Notes under the pieces: model-generated
What the model was told of the DNA's origin: nothing
The model's database searches: none
What the model saw: only the letters and a program-made list of their open reading frames with translations
Translations under genes and position numbers: made by a program
Assembly (NCBI GenBank): GCA_050949565.1
Contig: JBMNFY010000008.1
Span: forward strand, 192,001-256,000
Source: Kiritimatiellia bacterium
Lineage (GTDB): Bacteria; Verrucomicrobiota; Kiritimatiellia; RFP12; UBA1067
Length of the DNA stretch: 64,000 nt
Reading direction: 5' to 3'
Part shown: in pieces, positions 39,678-49,287 of the stretch
How the letters are laid out: each line of letters opens with the position of its first letter
Numbering within the stretch: the stretch's first letter is position 1

Positions 39678-42535
39678 TAAAACCTAATCCGCTCCCGCCT
39701 TCTCACAAGCCACACAATCGGCAGAGCCGCCATCACGACACACAGCGCGAGGGCGAAGCAGACGCCCCGCAGAATGATCCGCCACGGCACGCTCAGCGAA
39801 ACCGGCAGACCGCCGAAGATGAACCAGGCGCGTGTCCAGCCGGTGAAGGTCCAACCGATGCAAAAGCCTGAAAGCAGGCTCAGCACGATGCCGCACAGAC
39901 CGACCAGCAACGCCTCCCCGAGCAACATGCGCCCCAGTTGGCTGCACGTCATGCCAACCGCGCGCATCACGGCGATCTCTTTGGCCGAGGCTTGAAAAGA
40001 GGCGATCAACAGCGTAATGAAACCGGTCGAGAGCACGAGCAACGACCAGAACGGCGCGCGCGCCATGTCGCCGATCAGTTGCGCACCATGCGCGATCGTA
40101 CCGTCTTCGATCTCATCGCGGTGATGCACGCAGACCGTGTTCGCTTCGTCGATATCCAGCGCGTTGCGGATATCCGCCTCCAGCAACTGGCTCCCCTGCA
40201 ACGCCCCCATGCTGCGGTACTCCTTGCTGAGGTTGAGCCACAAAAAATACGTCGTGTCGGTGTTGCCGGTCAGACGACGCGCATCGCGCTCGCTCACGAA
40301 CACAGGCCCCATTGTCATGCCCGACATGCCGTTGCGCCCGCGAAGCCGGGCGCGCGCCGTGACCAAGTGCCAGTTCAAATCCGTCACGCCCACGATCTTG
40401 AAGGCCATCTCCTGAGCCGCTCCGTCCGCCCCGTCCGCGCCGCGCCCGCTCTGCGCCGGCGGACATTTGAGGGTCTTGTCCCCCCCCTTGCTTACAGGTG
40501 TGGCACGGGCATCTTGCCCGTGTTTCATGGGCGGGACGCCCATGCCACGAGGGGCTTTGCAAGAACCTCGCTTGACAATCGTCAGCGTGTCCCCCGCATG
40601 CAGACCGGTTTCGCGTGAAAACATCTTCGTGATTACGCACACCCCACCCTCCGCCATCGCCGCTGCCGCCGCCTGCCGGTCGCCTTCCACAAACCGGAAC
40701 GGTGCCAGCGGTCGCTCCCCGCCGAACGCCGCTTGCGGATCGGTGCCCATCAGCAGCACGTTGGGGCTCTCCGGCAACCGACCCGACACACGCACGACCT
40801 GTGCGGTCAAAGCCTCGGAGAGGTCGAACTGCGCAGCTTCCAGCGCGAGACAGCGACCGCCCTCGACCCCCTTCAACCGCGACACGCCATGGGCCGCTGA
40901 GGCCGGTACGCCATTCGGCAGGATCGAAACAATCGCATCCGGAAATTCATGACTGGGGATAAACGGCGCCATCATCGAACCGCCCCAGATATGGATCGAC
41001 ACAAAGGCACCCAGCCCGACCGCCAACGTGAGCACCATGCCTGCCGTCCGCGAGAAGTGCCGACTGATGCGCCGTCGCAGCAAGTGCGGATCAAGCGCCA
41101 GCATCGCACTCACCGCAGGCGCGGCCGCCCGTTCCATGAGAGAGACAAAACTCGGCAGCACCAGCAACAACCCGAGCACATGCAACGGCAACCCCAGCGC
41201 GAGCAGCAGCACACTGCGCGTCATCGCCGTGATGGGCATCGGCAGCACAAGAACCAGCATCGGAAAGAGCAGGATGAAACCGAGAAGCGATCGTCGCCAC
41301 GAGATCGGTTTGGGCTCATCCTCCTGCTCGGCCAGCGCGTCCAACGGCTTGATGCGCACCGCATGTCGGCACGGCCAAATCAGACTGACCGCAGCCACCA
41401 GCGCCACACCGATCAACGACGAGACCGGCGTCACCCATCCCACGATCACGCCCGCCGGAAACGCATCCGGTGTCCGGGCGACAAATGCCGCGAGAATCAT
41501 CCATCCCGCCGCGAGTCCGACAATCCAGCCCGCGAACGCAACAACCGCGCCCTCCAGCATCACCACCTGCGACACCTGTTTCGCCGTCATACCGGCCGCG
41601 CGCAGCAAGGCCAATACACGCCGCTTCTGCTCGACGCCAATGGTCAGGGCATTGACCAACATGCAGAGCGCCGTCAGGATCGAGAGCGTGAGCAGCAGCG
41701 GTGCCTGCCGCTTGAAGTTCTGTAGCTTGTCACTGGAATACCCCGCCTCCACATCCTTCCGCTCCAGCACCTTATATACCGGCTCCGCCACCGCCTTCAC
41801 ACCCTTGGTATCCGCTCCGTCGCGCAACTTGCAGAGCAGCAGATCGGGCGCCGGATCATAGGTGCCGCCGGACGCCTGCCGCATCGCGCCCAGCGTCACA
41901 AAGGATGTCGGGAACCCCGGCAACGCTTCCTTGAAATCAACGTACGCCGTGATCTTCACCTCCACCGTGCCGGACGGCGTGATCAGCGTCAGCATCGATC
42001 CCAACGGCGGCGGCGTCAGACGGCGCGGCGTGAACACCGCCGTGCAGACCGCCGCTTCCAACGCTTCGCTGGCCGGATCGGGCCAACGCCCCGTGACGGT
42101 GGCCTCGGCATACGGACACCCCGATGTCGCGGCCAAGGTCAGAACCGACACCAGCGGCGGCCCCTGCAGGATGCGTCCGCCGGGACGGTAATCCAGCACC
42201 GTGCGGATCGTCTTGTAGGGGGTCGCCACTTCGACCTCCGGCAGCGCCTGAACGGCCGACACCAGATCCGGCGGCAACGGCTGCGCGACCGACGACCGTC
42301 CCACTTGCCGCATCATCGTTTTGCGGTCCGGCCGGACACCCACATGGCCGGCCGACACCCAGCAGGTGTAGGGCGCCGTCATGCGCCGCACCCGCTCCCG
42401 GCTCTGTCCCGCCGAGGTCACGACAAGCCCCAGCGACCAGACAAAGAGCCCCGTCGCCGCCGCCACGCCGAGCGCGGCGGTGCCCAGCCGTATCTTCTCG
42501 TACCGCAGGCTCTTGAGCACCAGTTTGAGGATCAT
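39677..42535 (-). CDS. MacB/FtsX-family ABC transporter permease (two FtsX domains)
   Basis: ALLRAAGMT and AVMRAVGMT FtsX motifs; TM bundles; coupled to the ATPase gene. Confidence 0.9.
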   Translation of the reverse strand: MILKLVLKSLRYEKIRLGTAALGVAAATGLFVWSLGLVVTSAGQSRERVRRMTAPYTCWVSAGHVGVRPDRKTMMRQVGRSSVAQPLPPDLVSAVQALPEVEVATPYKTIRTVLDYRPGGRILQGPPLVSVLTLAATSGCPYAEATVTGRWPDPASEALEAAVCTAVFTPRRLTPPPLGSMLTLITPSGTVEVKITAYVDFKEALPGFPTSFVTLGAMRQASGGTYDPAPDLLLCKLRDGADTKGVKAVAEPVYKVLERKDVEAGYSSDKLQNFKRQAPLLLTLSILTALCMLVNALTIGVEQKRRVLALLRAAGMTAKQVSQVVMLEGAVVAFAGWIVGLAAGWMILAAFVARTPDAFPAGVIVGWVTPVSSLIGVALVAAVSLIWPCRHAVRIKPLDALAEQEDEPKPISWRRSLLGFILLFPMLVLVLPMPITAMTRSVLLLALGLPLHVLGLLLVLPSFVSLMERAAAPAVSAMLALDPHLLRRRISRHFSRTAGMVLTLAVGLGAFVSIHIWGGSMMAPFIPSHEFPDAIVSILPNGVPASAAHGVSRLKGVEGGRCLALEAAQFDLSEALTAQVVRVSGRLPESPNVLLMGTDPQAAFGGERPLAPFRFVEGDRQAAAAAMAEGGVCVITKMFSRETGLHAGDTLTIVKRGSCKAPRGMGVPPMKHGQDARATPVSKGGDKTLKCPPAQSGRGADGADGAAQEMAFKIVGVTDLNWHLVTARARLRGRNGMSGMTMGPVFVSERDARRLTGNTDTTYFLWLNLSKEYRSMGALQGSQLLEADIRNALDIDEANTVCVHHRDEIEDGTIAHGAQLIGDMARAPFWSLLVLSTGFITLLIASFQASAKEIAVMRAVGMTCSQLGRMLLGEALLVGLCGIVLSLLSGFCIGWTFTGWTRAWFIFGGLPVSLSVPWRIILRGVCFALALCVVMAALPIVWLVRRRERIRF
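40469..40569. mobile_element. 101-bp REP-carrying MITE, copy 2, in frame inside the ABC permease gene
   Basis: gagggtcttg...gcaagaacctc; encodes RGSCKAPRGMGVPPMKHGQDARATPVSKGGDKTL in the permease frame. Confidence 0.85.
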
Positions 42536-43275
42536 GGGCGCATCGTCTCCAGATAGCGGTCAGAGACACGCGCCGCATCATGTCCCGTTTCAAAGGTATC
42601 GACAAAGCGTCCGTCCTTCAACAGGTGGACGCGCTTTGCCGCCGCCGCCACCACCGGATCATGGCTCACCATCAAGATGGTACACCCCACCTCGTCATTC
42701 ATCTCGCGCAGCAACTCGCAGAACGCCCGACCTGCCGGCGAATCCAGATTGCCGGTCGGCTCGTCGGCCAAAACGATGTCCGGCTTCATCACCAGTGCGC
42801 GCGCGATCGCCACGCGCTGCCGTTCGCCGCCGCTTAGTTTCGACGGGATATGCGAGCGGCGTTGCGTCAAGCCGAATCGCGCAAGCAGCGCATCGATATG
42901 CGCGGCATCCGGGCGTTGACGGTCGAGCAACAGCGGCAGGGCGATATTCTCCTCGGCTGTCAGCGTCGGAATCAGATTAAAGTCCTGGAACACCAGACCG
43001 ATGCGGCGGCGGCGAAAACAGGTCACATCGTGATCATTCATTGTGCTGATCGACACCCCGCCCACGCGGATATCGCCGTCATCCGCCGCGACCAGTCCCG
43101 CCAGCAGATGTAGCAGCGTACTCTTCCCCGAGCCGCTGGGCCCCATCACAGCGTCAAACGCCCCGCGCGCCAGCGTCAGGTCCACCTCGCTAAGCACCTG
43201 CACCCGATTGGCACCGTCGCCAAAACTCTTACTAAGCCCCTTGACCTGGAGCGCCGCTTCCTGTCCATCCGCCAT
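42532..43275 (-). CDS. ABC transporter ATP-binding protein (LolD/MacB-like)
   Basis: [31 protein letters not shown]. Confidence 0.95.
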   Translation of the reverse strand: MADGQEAALQVKGLSKSFGDGANRVQVLSEVDLTLARGAFDAVMGPSGSGKSTLLHLLAGLVAADDGDIRVGGVSISTMNDHDVTCFRRRRIGLVFQDFNLIPTLTAEENIALPLLLDRQRPDAAHIDALLARFGLTQRRSHIPSKLSGGERQRVAIARALVMKPDIVLADEPTGNLDSPAGRAFCELLREMNDEVGCTILMVSHDPVVAAAAKRVHLLKDGRFVDTFETGHDAARVSDRYLETMRP

Positions 43276-43367
43276 CACACCCACCTGCCGTTTTCAATCC
43301 TGCGAGCCTCAGCTCGCACTTGTATACAGTGTAAACGATCCAGTAACGCGCCCGGTTCAGAGTGATC

Positions 43368-43730
43368 CTCACACAAAGGCACAAAGTCCACAAAGGTTTT
43401 TTTGGGGGGAGCGGTGCTCGGTTTTTTATCCACAGATGGGCACAGATGACGCAGATTTTTGGGGGAAGGCAGTGCTGACCGCGAGTCGCAAGTCGCGGGT
43501 CGCGAGTCAACCTCTCTTATTGCGACCACCCAGTGGTCGCAATGATGAGTGTAAAAGCACACTGCTCGGCTGTTTCACGCGAAGGCGCGAAGACGCGAAG
43601 ATTGGAGGGCGAGTGTCCCCACGAGCCGCCTTCCGCCATGCGGAAGGATAAGGATAGTTTCAGGTCTCATTGCGACGCGCCGGGAGGGACAAGTGTCACT
43701 TGTCCGGGCGGCGGTCACGCCGCCACTTCT
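43368..43730. repeat. 8-9-mer arrays and REP-like hairpins, left border of the R-M island
   Basis: ctcacacaaaggcacaaagtccacaaagg, cacagatgggcacagatgacgcagat, cgcgaaggcgcgaagacgcgaag, and a ggagggcgag REP. Confidence 0.7.
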
Positions 43731-43849
43731 GGCGTGAGTAGAGAGTGAATCGTACATAAAACCCAAGGAGATGCTGCTGTGAAAAAACGTCGAACTCCGA
43801 ACAGGCGAAACAGTCGCAGCTAGTGCCTCTCGATTCAAAAAACGGGTGC

Positions 43850-43878
43850 TTGACCATCGCCGTCCGAGCGGCTAACAT
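43850..43878 (+). promoter_or_regulatory. Putative sigma70 promoter of the R-M operon
   Basis: TTGACC-17 bp-TAACAT. Confidence 0.45.
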
Positions 43879-44002
43879 GACCACGTAACTAGGGGCTTCT
43901 TGTCTTCGTGGGGCAGGTTTATAGCCCGTTGGACGCAAAGGGACTCGGAACGGCACTCGTAGAATACTACAGTGTGGCTTGATGATGATGAACGATATAT
44001 CC

Positions 44003-45322
44003 ATGTCAAGAAGCTTGATTTATGATCGTAGCCGACACGCAGCAGTGCGTACTACCGACTTCGTCTTTAACCAGTTGATCCCATACATTGGGAACAAGCG
44101 TAAGTTGCTTGACCTTATCATACGGGCACTGAAGCACACCACGAAGTCCGAGGCTCCGACTTTCCTGGACATCTTCGCGGGCAGTGGTGTCGTCTCACGC
44201 CTTGCCAAAACCTTGGGGTACCGTGTCATAGCAAACGACTGGGAGCCCTATGCAAAAGTGATAAACGGCTGCTATATCAGAAACAACACCGCCCCCGCTT
44301 TCAAGGCACTTGGGGGATACGAGAAGGCTCTGACCCGCCTCAATAGCTTGCCTCCCCGTGTTGACTGGATCACCGATCACCTCTGCCCGCGAGATGATGA
44401 AAACTACGACATCAAGGTTGATCGCATGTTCTATATGCGCAAGAACGGTATGCGGATTGATGCAATCCGCCACCAGATTCTTGAGTGGTACGCCTCCGGT
44501 GTCATCGACGATAGGGAGCAGGACTGCCTGCTCGCCCCCTTGCTCTATCAGGCATGTTATACGAGTAACACCAGCGGAGTGTTCAAGGGCTTCCACAATG
44601 GATGGGGGGGACAGACTAAGACGGCTCTTTACCGCATAGCAGGTGACCTGTACCTTACTCCGGCAATGTTCTTCGACAATGGCTACAACAACCAAGTGCT
44701 TTGCGACGACGCGCAACGTGTCGCCGAAAACATGCGTTCCAACGAACTTGATGTCGTGTATCTTGATCCGCCGTACAACCAACATCCCTACGGCAGCAAC
44801 TACCATGTGTTAAATACCGTTGCTCTGTGGGACAAACCTGAACTGAGCAAGACGATCACCCCCGGCACAAAGTCAGCAATACGATTGGACTGGAGAACCG
44901 AACGGCGCAGCGCGTACAACCACGTTGACGAGGCGGCAAAAGCCTATGCAAAGCTTATGCAGACACTCAACGCACGCTTCATTCTGACTAGCTACAGCAC
45001 GGATGGCTTCATTCCTCTGGAGAAGTTGTTGGAAGCCAACATCAATCGCGGGCACGTCCGCATCGAGATGAAGGGTTACAAGCGATATCGCGTAAGTTCG
45101 CAACGGTTCTCCAATAAGCCAATGAACGTCGAGTTTGTGGTGGTGCTGGACACACACAGGGCATCCGACGTCTCGGTTGATGCACTCCATCACTCGATCA
45201 CAGCGAAGGAAAAATCTGTGCTGTGCGGGCACAGGGAATATGCGATCTACAAGCAGGAACAGCTTAACCTTTTTGAAGGGGTAAGGGAGGAATATGTCGC
45301 GCAAACATCAACTCAGAACTGA
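44003..45322 (+). CDS. DNA adenine (m6A) methyltransferase, D12/Dam-like alpha class (start may be 43982-43988)
   Basis: YIGNKRKL, FLDIFAGSGVV (motif I), VIANDW, YLDPPYN (motif IV). Confidence 0.92.
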   Translation: MSRSLIYDRSRHAAVRTTDFVFNQLIPYIGNKRKLLDLIIRALKHTTKSEAPTFLDIFAGSGVVSRLAKTLGYRVIANDWEPYAKVINGCYIRNNTAPAFKALGGYEKALTRLNSLPPRVDWITDHLCPRDDENYDIKVDRMFYMRKNGMRIDAIRHQILEWYASGVIDDREQDCLLAPLLYQACYTSNTSGVFKGFHNGWGGQTKTALYRIAGDLYLTPAMFFDNGYNNQVLCDDAQRVAENMRSNELDVVYLDPPYNQHPYGSNYHVLNTVALWDKPELSKTITPGTKSAIRLDWRTERRSAYNHVDEAAKAYAKLMQTLNARFILTSYSTDGFIPLEKLLEANINRGHVRIEMKGYKRYRVSSQRFSNKPMNVEFVVVLDTHRASDVSVDALHHSITAKEKSVLCGHREYAIYKQEQLNLFEGVREEYVAQTSTQN

Positions 45323-46016
45323 TCGAGCGATCAAGTCGCCTGTCATCAACGTAACCTCCAAGCGACAGGAAAAGGAAATCGTTAGCGCTCTTACCCGCTT
45401 GATTCAACACCTTCAGAACAAATACGGGAAGCAAATAGACTTCGTCCACTCGTGGGAATGGAAACTCAAAGACATCACAAGGGAACTGAGAGAGTCCTAT
45501 CCCGGCGTTGACTTTCACCACCACTTCGATTCTTCGTCAATGGCTCCCGATGGCGGAATTCTTTGTTTGAAGGGAAAGCCTGAGGACAAGTTTATTTACC
45601 CGATTGTTATATCGGAGGTTAAAAATCAGGGTACAAATGACCTACGGCTCAAAGAAGGTAAAAAGAAGCAGGCCAAGGGTAACGCCATTGAACGACTCGG
45701 TAAAAACGTCATCGGTTTTCGTACCGCCCTCATGCGAGAGAGTATTTTCCCGTTCGTATGCTTCGGCTATGGCTGCGACTTTGCCCCTGACTCATCGATA
45801 CTTGATCGCGTTACGACAATCGCAATGTTTGGAAAGCTGAATAAGACATACCTTTACAACGAGGAGCAGGGCAAGTTTAATCGCGGCAGTTTCTATTTTC
45901 GCGAGAAGAAATGGTCTGTTGACGAAATGTTCGAGATCATGAAAGACATCGCCGAACGCTCTGTGCTCTACTATTTCTCAAAATACACGGAAGCGCACTT
46001 CTTAGAACCCGACTAA
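45294..46016 (+). CDS. EcoRI-like type II restriction endonuclease
   Basis: PDGG...SEVKNQG catalytic motif and KGNAIERLGKN, matching the EcoRI GNAIER recognition segment; overlaps the MTase gene. Confidence 0.85.
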   Translation: MSRKHQLRTDRAIKSPVINVTSKRQEKEIVSALTRLIQHLQNKYGKQIDFVHSWEWKLKDITRELRESYPGVDFHHHFDSSSMAPDGGILCLKGKPEDKFIYPIVISEVKNQGTNDLRLKEGKKKQAKGNAIERLGKNVIGFRTALMRESIFPFVCFGYGCDFAPDSSILDRVTTIAMFGKLNKTYLYNEEQGKFNRGSFYFREKKWSVDEMFEIMKDIAERSVLYYFSKYTEAHFLEPD

Positions 46017-46138
46017 TCCTCCAATAACGGGAGCCATTTTTTAATGACAAATCAAATATCGATCAGCCTGTTAGGAGAAATAGGACAATGCACATCCATT
46101 TTGATCAAACTTGCGAAGCACCGGAAAGGAGCAAGACC

Positions 46139-46348
46139 ATGGCAGCCTATGGAACATTCAGAGTGACGGACAAGAAGTGCGCGACGTGCAACTACTACCA
46201 GGGTGCGCGGCGGTTCGGCATGCAGGCCAACAAGCCGTATTACGTCTATGCCGCCGCCGGCACCACGCCCTGCCTTGCCAATCCCAACCGCAAGGTGACG
46301 GCGAACAGCCGGTGCCTGTCATGGCAGAAATGGGTCAGCATCCCGTGA
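46139..46348 (+). CDS. Small 4-Cys protein (69 aa)
   Basis: RBS aaggag; CATC...C...CLSW. Confidence 0.6.
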   Translation: MAAYGTFRVTDKKCATCNYYQGARRFGMQANKPYYVYAAAGTTPCLANPNRKVTANSRCLSWQKWVSIP

Positions 46349-46349
46349 T

Positions 46350-46618
46350 TGAACGTCGAACACAGAACATCGAACGCCCAACTCAGAACGTGAAACCATG
46401 AAACACATGAAACTTCATGAAAATCATGGCGATCTTGGCGTCTTGGCGGTTTAAAAAGCCGAGCCCTGCCTTTCCGTGTGTTCAGTGTATTCCGTGGTTA
46501 AACAAACCCGATCCATGCCCCCCAAAAAAACTCCGTGTCCTCTGTGCCTCTGTGAGAGCAGCGCAAATCTCAAATCCCAAATCTCAAATCCTTAGTGCCC
46601 TTGGTGCCTTTGTGTGAG
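46350..46618. repeat. 7-9-mer arrays, right border of the R-M island (inverted relative to 43368)
   Basis: ccccccaaaaaaactccgtgtcctctgtgcctctgtgagag, gtgcctttgtgtgag, (aaatctc)n. Confidence 0.7.
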
Positions 46619-46638
46619 AAAAACTACGAGGAAAAACG

Positions 46639-46830
46639 ATGGACTCAGTTGTACCGACACCCGAAGAACTGAAGCGGCAAGAAAAACTTATGCGGCGCAT
46701 TCGCGTCGCGGATGATGATGAAATCCACGAAAAGGAACCGCCGACACCACTCCAACAGAAGAAGATCGACAAGGCGTTGCGGGAGATCATCAATGAGACC
46801 ATGGACGATGGAAGTCCAGTGAAGTATTGA
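46639..46830 (+). CDS. Small hypothetical protein
   Basis: RBS gagga; 63-aa charged ORF between repeat arrays. Confidence 0.45.
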   Translation: MDSVVPTPEELKRQEKLMRRIRVADDDEIHEKEPPTPLQQKKIDKALREIINETMDDGSPVKY

Positions 46831-46860
46831 ACGTTCAACGTTCAACGTTCAACGCCTATC

Positions 46861-47090
46861 ATGGCACTCACACCCGAACAGATCGAGTCGAAAATCAGGG
46901 ATGTCTGCTATCAGACCGTGAGCCCGCCCTGCAGGGCACCGTCAAAAAGAACCGTAACCGCCGCACGTGGAAGGACGGCAGCGTCTACGTCTCGCCGGAG
47001 CACTACACTTTCGTGTGCCGGGGCGTGAACGGCAAGGAGCGCTGGAAGCGGGTCAACGCAAAGCATCTGCCCGCCGTCTTCGGCGAATAC
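46861..47090 (+). pseudogene. Frameshifted remnant, possibly an IS accessory ORF
   Basis: MALTPEQIESKIRD, then in another frame LLSDREPALQGTVKKNRNRRTWKDG...HYTF...GKERWKRV. Confidence 0.3.
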
Positions 47091-47394
47091 GGCTGGATGG
47101 GAAGCGGGGGCGGCCCGTCCCGTGGCCCGAGTCGTTTTCCTACATCGTCTCCGGCGGGACCATCGATGAGATGACGCCGCTAACCAGGAAGCACGGCGTG
47201 ACGCGCGGCAACGGCACTGCGGAGCGCATGCTCTGCCTCGCCGACGGGGAGTCCGCGCCACCGCAAGACCGCTTAACCTTCAACAAAATAAAATCACGCC
47301 CAACGGCATGAAAAAGCGAAAAGCGCCCTTCCCTTGGGGCATCGGTCTTGCTAAACTTGGGCCTCGTAAGTACTTATTTGATGCGAACCTCGCC

Positions 47395-49287
47395 GTGAAT
47401 CTCGACTTCATAGAGCAGCAAGGCTTCGACCTCGTCGAAGCCGTCGACGAAACCAGTCAGACCGTCGTGTGGAAGGCCGTGCAGCGGACCTTGGAACGGA
47501 CGGTCATCCTGCGGATTCTCAAGCCCGAGGCAGCCTCTGATCCTGCCGCCGTTGCGCACTTCCTAAACATCGCCCGGATCGTTTCGCGTATCAAAAGCGA
47601 ATCGCTCGCGGCGATTTTCGATATTGTCAGTAACAAAGGCTTGTACTACATCGTCATGGAACACGTCAACGGGCCGACGCTGGAAGAGGAGGTGAGTGCG
47701 GACGGCCCCCTGCCGTTGGAACGCATCCTGCGCATCGCGGCGTCGCTCATCGTAAGCCTCGATCAGTTGTGGGGGGCGTCGTATATCGTACACCGCAACC
47801 TGAAAAGCTCGACCATCCGGACCTCGCGGCGTGGCGTGTCCAAGATCACCGATTTCAGCCTGGCCATCCAAGCCTCACCCGGCGTCAACGCGACCGCCAT
47901 GGACGAGGGCAACATTGTCGGCACGCCCTGTTTCCTCTCGCCCGAACAAGCTCAAGGCTCACACACACTCACCACGCAGTCGGATATGTATGCGTTGGGA
48001 ATTGTGCTCTACCATCTATCCACCGGCACAGTGCCGTTCGAAAATGAGGATGTGGTCTCCATCCTCGCCGCGCACGTCAAGCGGCAGATCCCGCCGCCGC
48101 ATCATCTGAACCCGGCCCTATCGCCTTCTTTCTCGTGGTTGCTTCACCGCTTGATGATGAAGCACCCGGGCAACCGCTATCCCGACTGGAAGAGTGTCCT
48201 GCAGGACATCCGCCTCTTGCTCGCCGGTAGCCAGCCGAGTTGCGCCCATCCCAACGATGGGTTTCTCAGCACAATTGAGACCTTTGAAGACAACGCCCCC
48301 TCCGCACCAACCGATCAAGAGGACGAGCCGCAGTTCCGGTTCAAGCCTGTCCGCCGCGCCAACCGCCGTCTGGCCACCTACCGCTCCCAAAACATTGAGG
48401 AAGAGCACGCCAGCGACATCCGGCGCGAAACACTGATCAAAGAGTCCCTCTGTTGGCTGGCGCTCCTGCTCTGGCTAGCCACCATCTTTTGGTTTCGTGC
48501 AGTCCGGCAGGCCCCCCCGCAATCCGAAGGTAACACCCGCTCGTCGCAACCCTTGGCACAGGCCCCCGCCGTTCCATCCCAGGCTGCGTCCAATCCGGCG
48601 GACAGTTCCGACGCCGCATCAACGGGCCAGCCGAGGGAGGTGGAGACGCCGGCCGCCGATCCGACCGAACAAGTCGCTTCGGCAACGCCGTCACCCGCGC
48701 CGATCCCGAAAGATCCCGCGCCTGCACCCGCCGACACACCGGCACCTGCGCCCGCGTCCCCTGAGCCCGCAAAGGCAACCGTCCTGCCTTCCGGCATTCC
48801 CGACGCACTCGCGGCCCGGCTGGCTGACGCCTTGGCCGCCGGCTCGCCTGCCGCCGCCCTGCGTGTGCTGCAAGCCGACCCCGCGCGCTTTCAGGAAAAA
48901 GCCCGGCTGGCCGAGTTTCTCGGCGGCGTACCGGAGGTCGATGATCTGGTCACTGAGTTTCTGCGTACGCGGATCGGCAGACCGCTGATCTTAGAGCACA
49001 ATGGCAAGCAACGCACCGTTATCCCGCGCAGCGTCCGGGACGGCGTCATCGGCGTCGAAACCAACGGACGCGGCATCGACATCGCAATCAGTGACCTTAC
49101 AGCCGACGAGAAACTGCGCTGGATAGAGCGCCCCAAAGACACGGCGCGGATCGCAGCCTACTGCTTGGTGCTCATGCACTCATCACGACGCGGAGAGGTC
49201 TCCGCTTATGCGACTGCCTGTCCGCCGTTTGTCGCGCCGCTGATCACCGAAGCGGCGAAGCGCGCAGCGGCTACTGCGCGGCCGTAG
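47395..49287 (+). CDS. Membrane Hanks-type Ser/Thr kinase-like protein, probable pseudokinase (start may be 47308)
   Basis: YIVMEHV, GTPCFLSPEQ and SDMYALG are intact, but HRNLKSSTI, DFS and VILRIL replace catalytic motifs; TM helix and Pro/Ala linker. Confidence 0.85.
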   Translation: MNLDFIEQQGFDLVEAVDETSQTVVWKAVQRTLERTVILRILKPEAASDPAAVAHFLNIARIVSRIKSESLAAIFDIVSNKGLYYIVMEHVNGPTLEEEVSADGPLPLERILRIAASLIVSLDQLWGASYIVHRNLKSSTIRTSRRGVSKITDFSLAIQASPGVNATAMDEGNIVGTPCFLSPEQAQGSHTLTTQSDMYALGIVLYHLSTGTVPFENEDVVSILAAHVKRQIPPPHHLNPALSPSFSWLLHRLMMKHPGNRYPDWKSVLQDIRLLLAGSQPSCAHPNDGFLSTIETFEDNAPSAPTDQEDEPQFRFKPVRRANRRLATYRSQNIEEEHASDIRRETLIKESLCWLALLLWLATIFWFRAVRQAPPQSEGNTRSSQPLAQAPAVPSQAASNPADSSDAASTGQPREVETPAADPTEQVASATPSPAPIPKDPAPAPADTPAPAPASPEPAKATVLPSGIPDALAARLADALAAGSPAAALRVLQADPARFQEKARLAEFLGGVPEVDDLVTEFLRTRIGRPLILEHNGKQRTVIPRSVRDGVIGVETNGRGIDIAISDLTADEKLRWIERPKDTARIAAYCLVLMHSSRRGEVSAYATACPPFVAPLITEAAKRAAATARP

